From assembly GCA_016184315.1 (NCBI GenBank), contig JACPCU010000009.1, positions 13,330 to 77,329 of the forward strand: 64,000 nucleotides of DNA, given 5' to 3'. The position numbers were made by a program, and so were the translations under genes. Below, piece by piece: positions 62,671 to 64,000 of this stretch. Within the stretch, counting starts at the first letter, position 1. Every line of letters begins with the position of its first letter. The notes beneath the pieces are model-generated. The model worked only from the letters and a program-made list of their open reading frames with translations, was not told the DNA's origin and did not search any database. This stretch comes from Nitrososphaerota archaeon. Lineage in GTDB: Archaea > Thermoproteota > Nitrososphaeria > Nitrososphaerales > JACQRY01.

Positions 62671-63240
62671 ATGAGCATCAGACCACGGATACGAATGTGG
62701 CTCCTTACCGGAGAACCTGGGATAGGGAAGACAGGTGTCATCTCCAAAGCAATCCTGATACTTCAGACAGAAGGCTTGGTTGTCGGTGGCGTGCTGACAA
62801 GGGAAATAAAACGGAAAGGTGTAAGAGAGGGCTTTGAAATCGTTGATCTTGCTTCTCAGAACAAAGCTGTGCTTGCCTCCTCTTCGCAACCCTTAGGCCC
62901 CAAGTTGGGCAAGTATCGGGTGAATCTCCGCGGCTTAGCTGATCTAGGCGCACCGGCCTTACTCAACTCTCTTCATCACTCAGATGTTGTGGTGTGCGAT
63001 GAAGTCGGACCCATGGAACTGTTCAGCCCAGAGTTTAGGAGGGCTGTCAAAGAAGTGGCTTCTTCCTCCAAGCCTGTTATTGGAGTTGTCCACAAATGGC
63101 TCCCGGATCCGATAATAGAAGAGCTTAAGCAGGCAATGGATACTCAAGTGGTAGAGGTTACATTAGAGAATAGGGACGATTTGCCTGCTATGCTTGCCGA
63201 GCAGGTGTTGAAGTATCTGAAGGCTCCTGGCAGCACCTAG
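62671..63240 (+). CDS. THEP1-type nucleoside-triphosphatase
   Basis: 189 aa. Walker A is LTGEPGIGKT and Walker B-like is VVCDEVGPME. Confidence 0.7.
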   Translation: MSIRPRIRMWLLTGEPGIGKTGVISKAILILQTEGLVVGGVLTREIKRKGVREGFEIVDLASQNKAVLASSSQPLGPKLGKYRVNLRGLADLGAPALLNSLHHSDVVVCDEVGPMELFSPEFRRAVKEVASSSKPVIGVVHKWLPDPIIEELKQAMDTQVVEVTLENRDDLPAMLAEQVLKYLKAPGST

Positions 63241-63262
63241 ATCGAGCAGAGGTTTTCTCCCT

Positions 63263-63884
63263 ATGACTCTAATTGTGGGGGTTGATGATGCAGGACGTGG
63301 CTGCATCATAGGGCCTCTAGTCATAGCGGGAGTAAGCATTGCTGCTTAACGCGAGGCTCAACTCAGAGATCTCGGTGTAAGAGAGGCTCTACACCGAGAT
63401 AAGGAAAGTCGCGACCAGAGTATGCGTCAGAAAAATACCGCCAACTCAAGTCGACGAATATGTGTTGAAAGGAAGGAAACTTAGGAAACTGAACTATTTG
63501 GAGGCTTTAACCATGGCCAGCGTTATTGAGGAATTGAAGCCTGACGTTGCCTATGTGGATGCTTCAGACATCAATCCGAGGAGATTCGGCTCCCAAATAC
63601 TGGATGCTCTTGAAACCAAGGTCAAGATAACATCGTCTCATAGAGCGGATTCAACTTACCCCGTGGTTTCAGCTGCATCGATAATTGCGAAGGTGTCCAG
63701 AGACCGAGAGATCGATAAACTCAAAGCGCGATATGGAGATATGGGCAGCGGATACCCGTCAGACGATAAAACGATAACTTTCCTCCGCGAATGGCTTTCA
63801 GCTAAGAAAACAGCTCCTCCGTTTGTAAGACGTTCATGGAAGACCTGGCAAAACATCTGCAAGAAGACTCTAGACGAATACTAA
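63263..63884 (+). pseudogene. rnhB: ribonuclease HII with an in-frame TAA (63347-63349) and an internal deletion/frameshift (~63377-63383)
   Basis: The N-terminus is MTLIVGVDDAGRGCIIGPLVIAGVSIAA*REAQLRDLGV. The conserved DSKxL block is absent. The remainder (RLYTEIRKVATRV...VDASDINP...IIAKVSRD...GSGYPSD) continues in another frame as ORF 63462..63884. Confidence 0.65.
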
Positions 63885-64000
63885 CCTTTCTTCTTTGCGT
63901 GGATAAGCCAGTGAGCTGAGTCAAATGGTTCCAGTTTGATTATTTGCAAAATATGGAATCCAGATTCGACTATCTTCTCCGACTCATTCTCCACTATCTC
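63881..64000 (-). CDS. 3'-terminal fragment of a CDS running off the window (possibly a methyltransferase C-terminus)
   Basis: Hand translation of the minus strand gives EIVENESEKIVESGFHILQIIKLEPFDSAHWLIHAKKKG*. The frame is open to the window edge. Confidence 0.35.
   Translation of the reverse strand, partial: EIVENESEKIVESGFHILQIIKLEPFDSAHWLIHAKKKG

Noticed and set aside
1-64000. A search by eye for rRNA genes, CRISPR arrays, RNase P or SRP RNA signatures, and riboswitch-like leaders.
   Set aside because: I saw no spaced direct-repeat arrays and no rRNA-like or conserved ncRNA core motifs (for example GAGGAAAGTCC). A covariance-model scan (Infernal/Rfam) would be needed to exclude small ncRNAs in the larger intergenic gaps (8361-8648, 10426-10716, 22365-23273, 42789-43083).

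Overview
This is an archaeal chromosomal window. The diagnostic content is a class I CCA-adding enzyme, RNase Z, RpoP, diphthine synthase, CTP-dependent riboflavin kinase plus RibL, the HMG-CoA synthase/thiolase/DUF35 trio, a cis-prenyltransferase and multi-intron tRNAs. Most of it is housekeeping genes. Four things stand out. (1) An integrated element of about 8.4 kb (25573-34018) sits at an intron-containing tRNA. It is bounded by a 15-bp direct repeat. It carries a tyrosine integrase, an orphan HK97-type prohead protease, an RHH regulator, a PD-(D/E)xK-like nuclease, a repeated operator-like motif and a 1044-bp IS481-like insertion sequence. (2) An eight-gene, minus-strand, operon-like cluster (16279-22364) combines a polyprenyl synthase, a CrtC/AttH-like protein, an SCP2 lipid-carrier protein, an FAD oxidoreductase and four orphan proteins. 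This is my best candidate for an undescribed isoprenoid-lipid system. (3) A small accessory patch at 10.7-14.5 kb contains a TrmB-like regulator, orphans, a decayed exonuclease and a retropepsin-like protease module. (4) Several conserved genes carry in-frame stops or frameshifts: a cupin, a DEDD exonuclease, a Lon N-domain protein and RNase HII. Other notable items are a tRNA-Ser(UGA) whose length is exactly explained by three introns, a NiSOD/SodX pair and an eL22-like small protein. I saw no rRNA genes and no CRISPR array. All calls come from reading motifs in the supplied translations and from hand translation of the DNA. No database search, HMM scan, folding or composition statistic was run.
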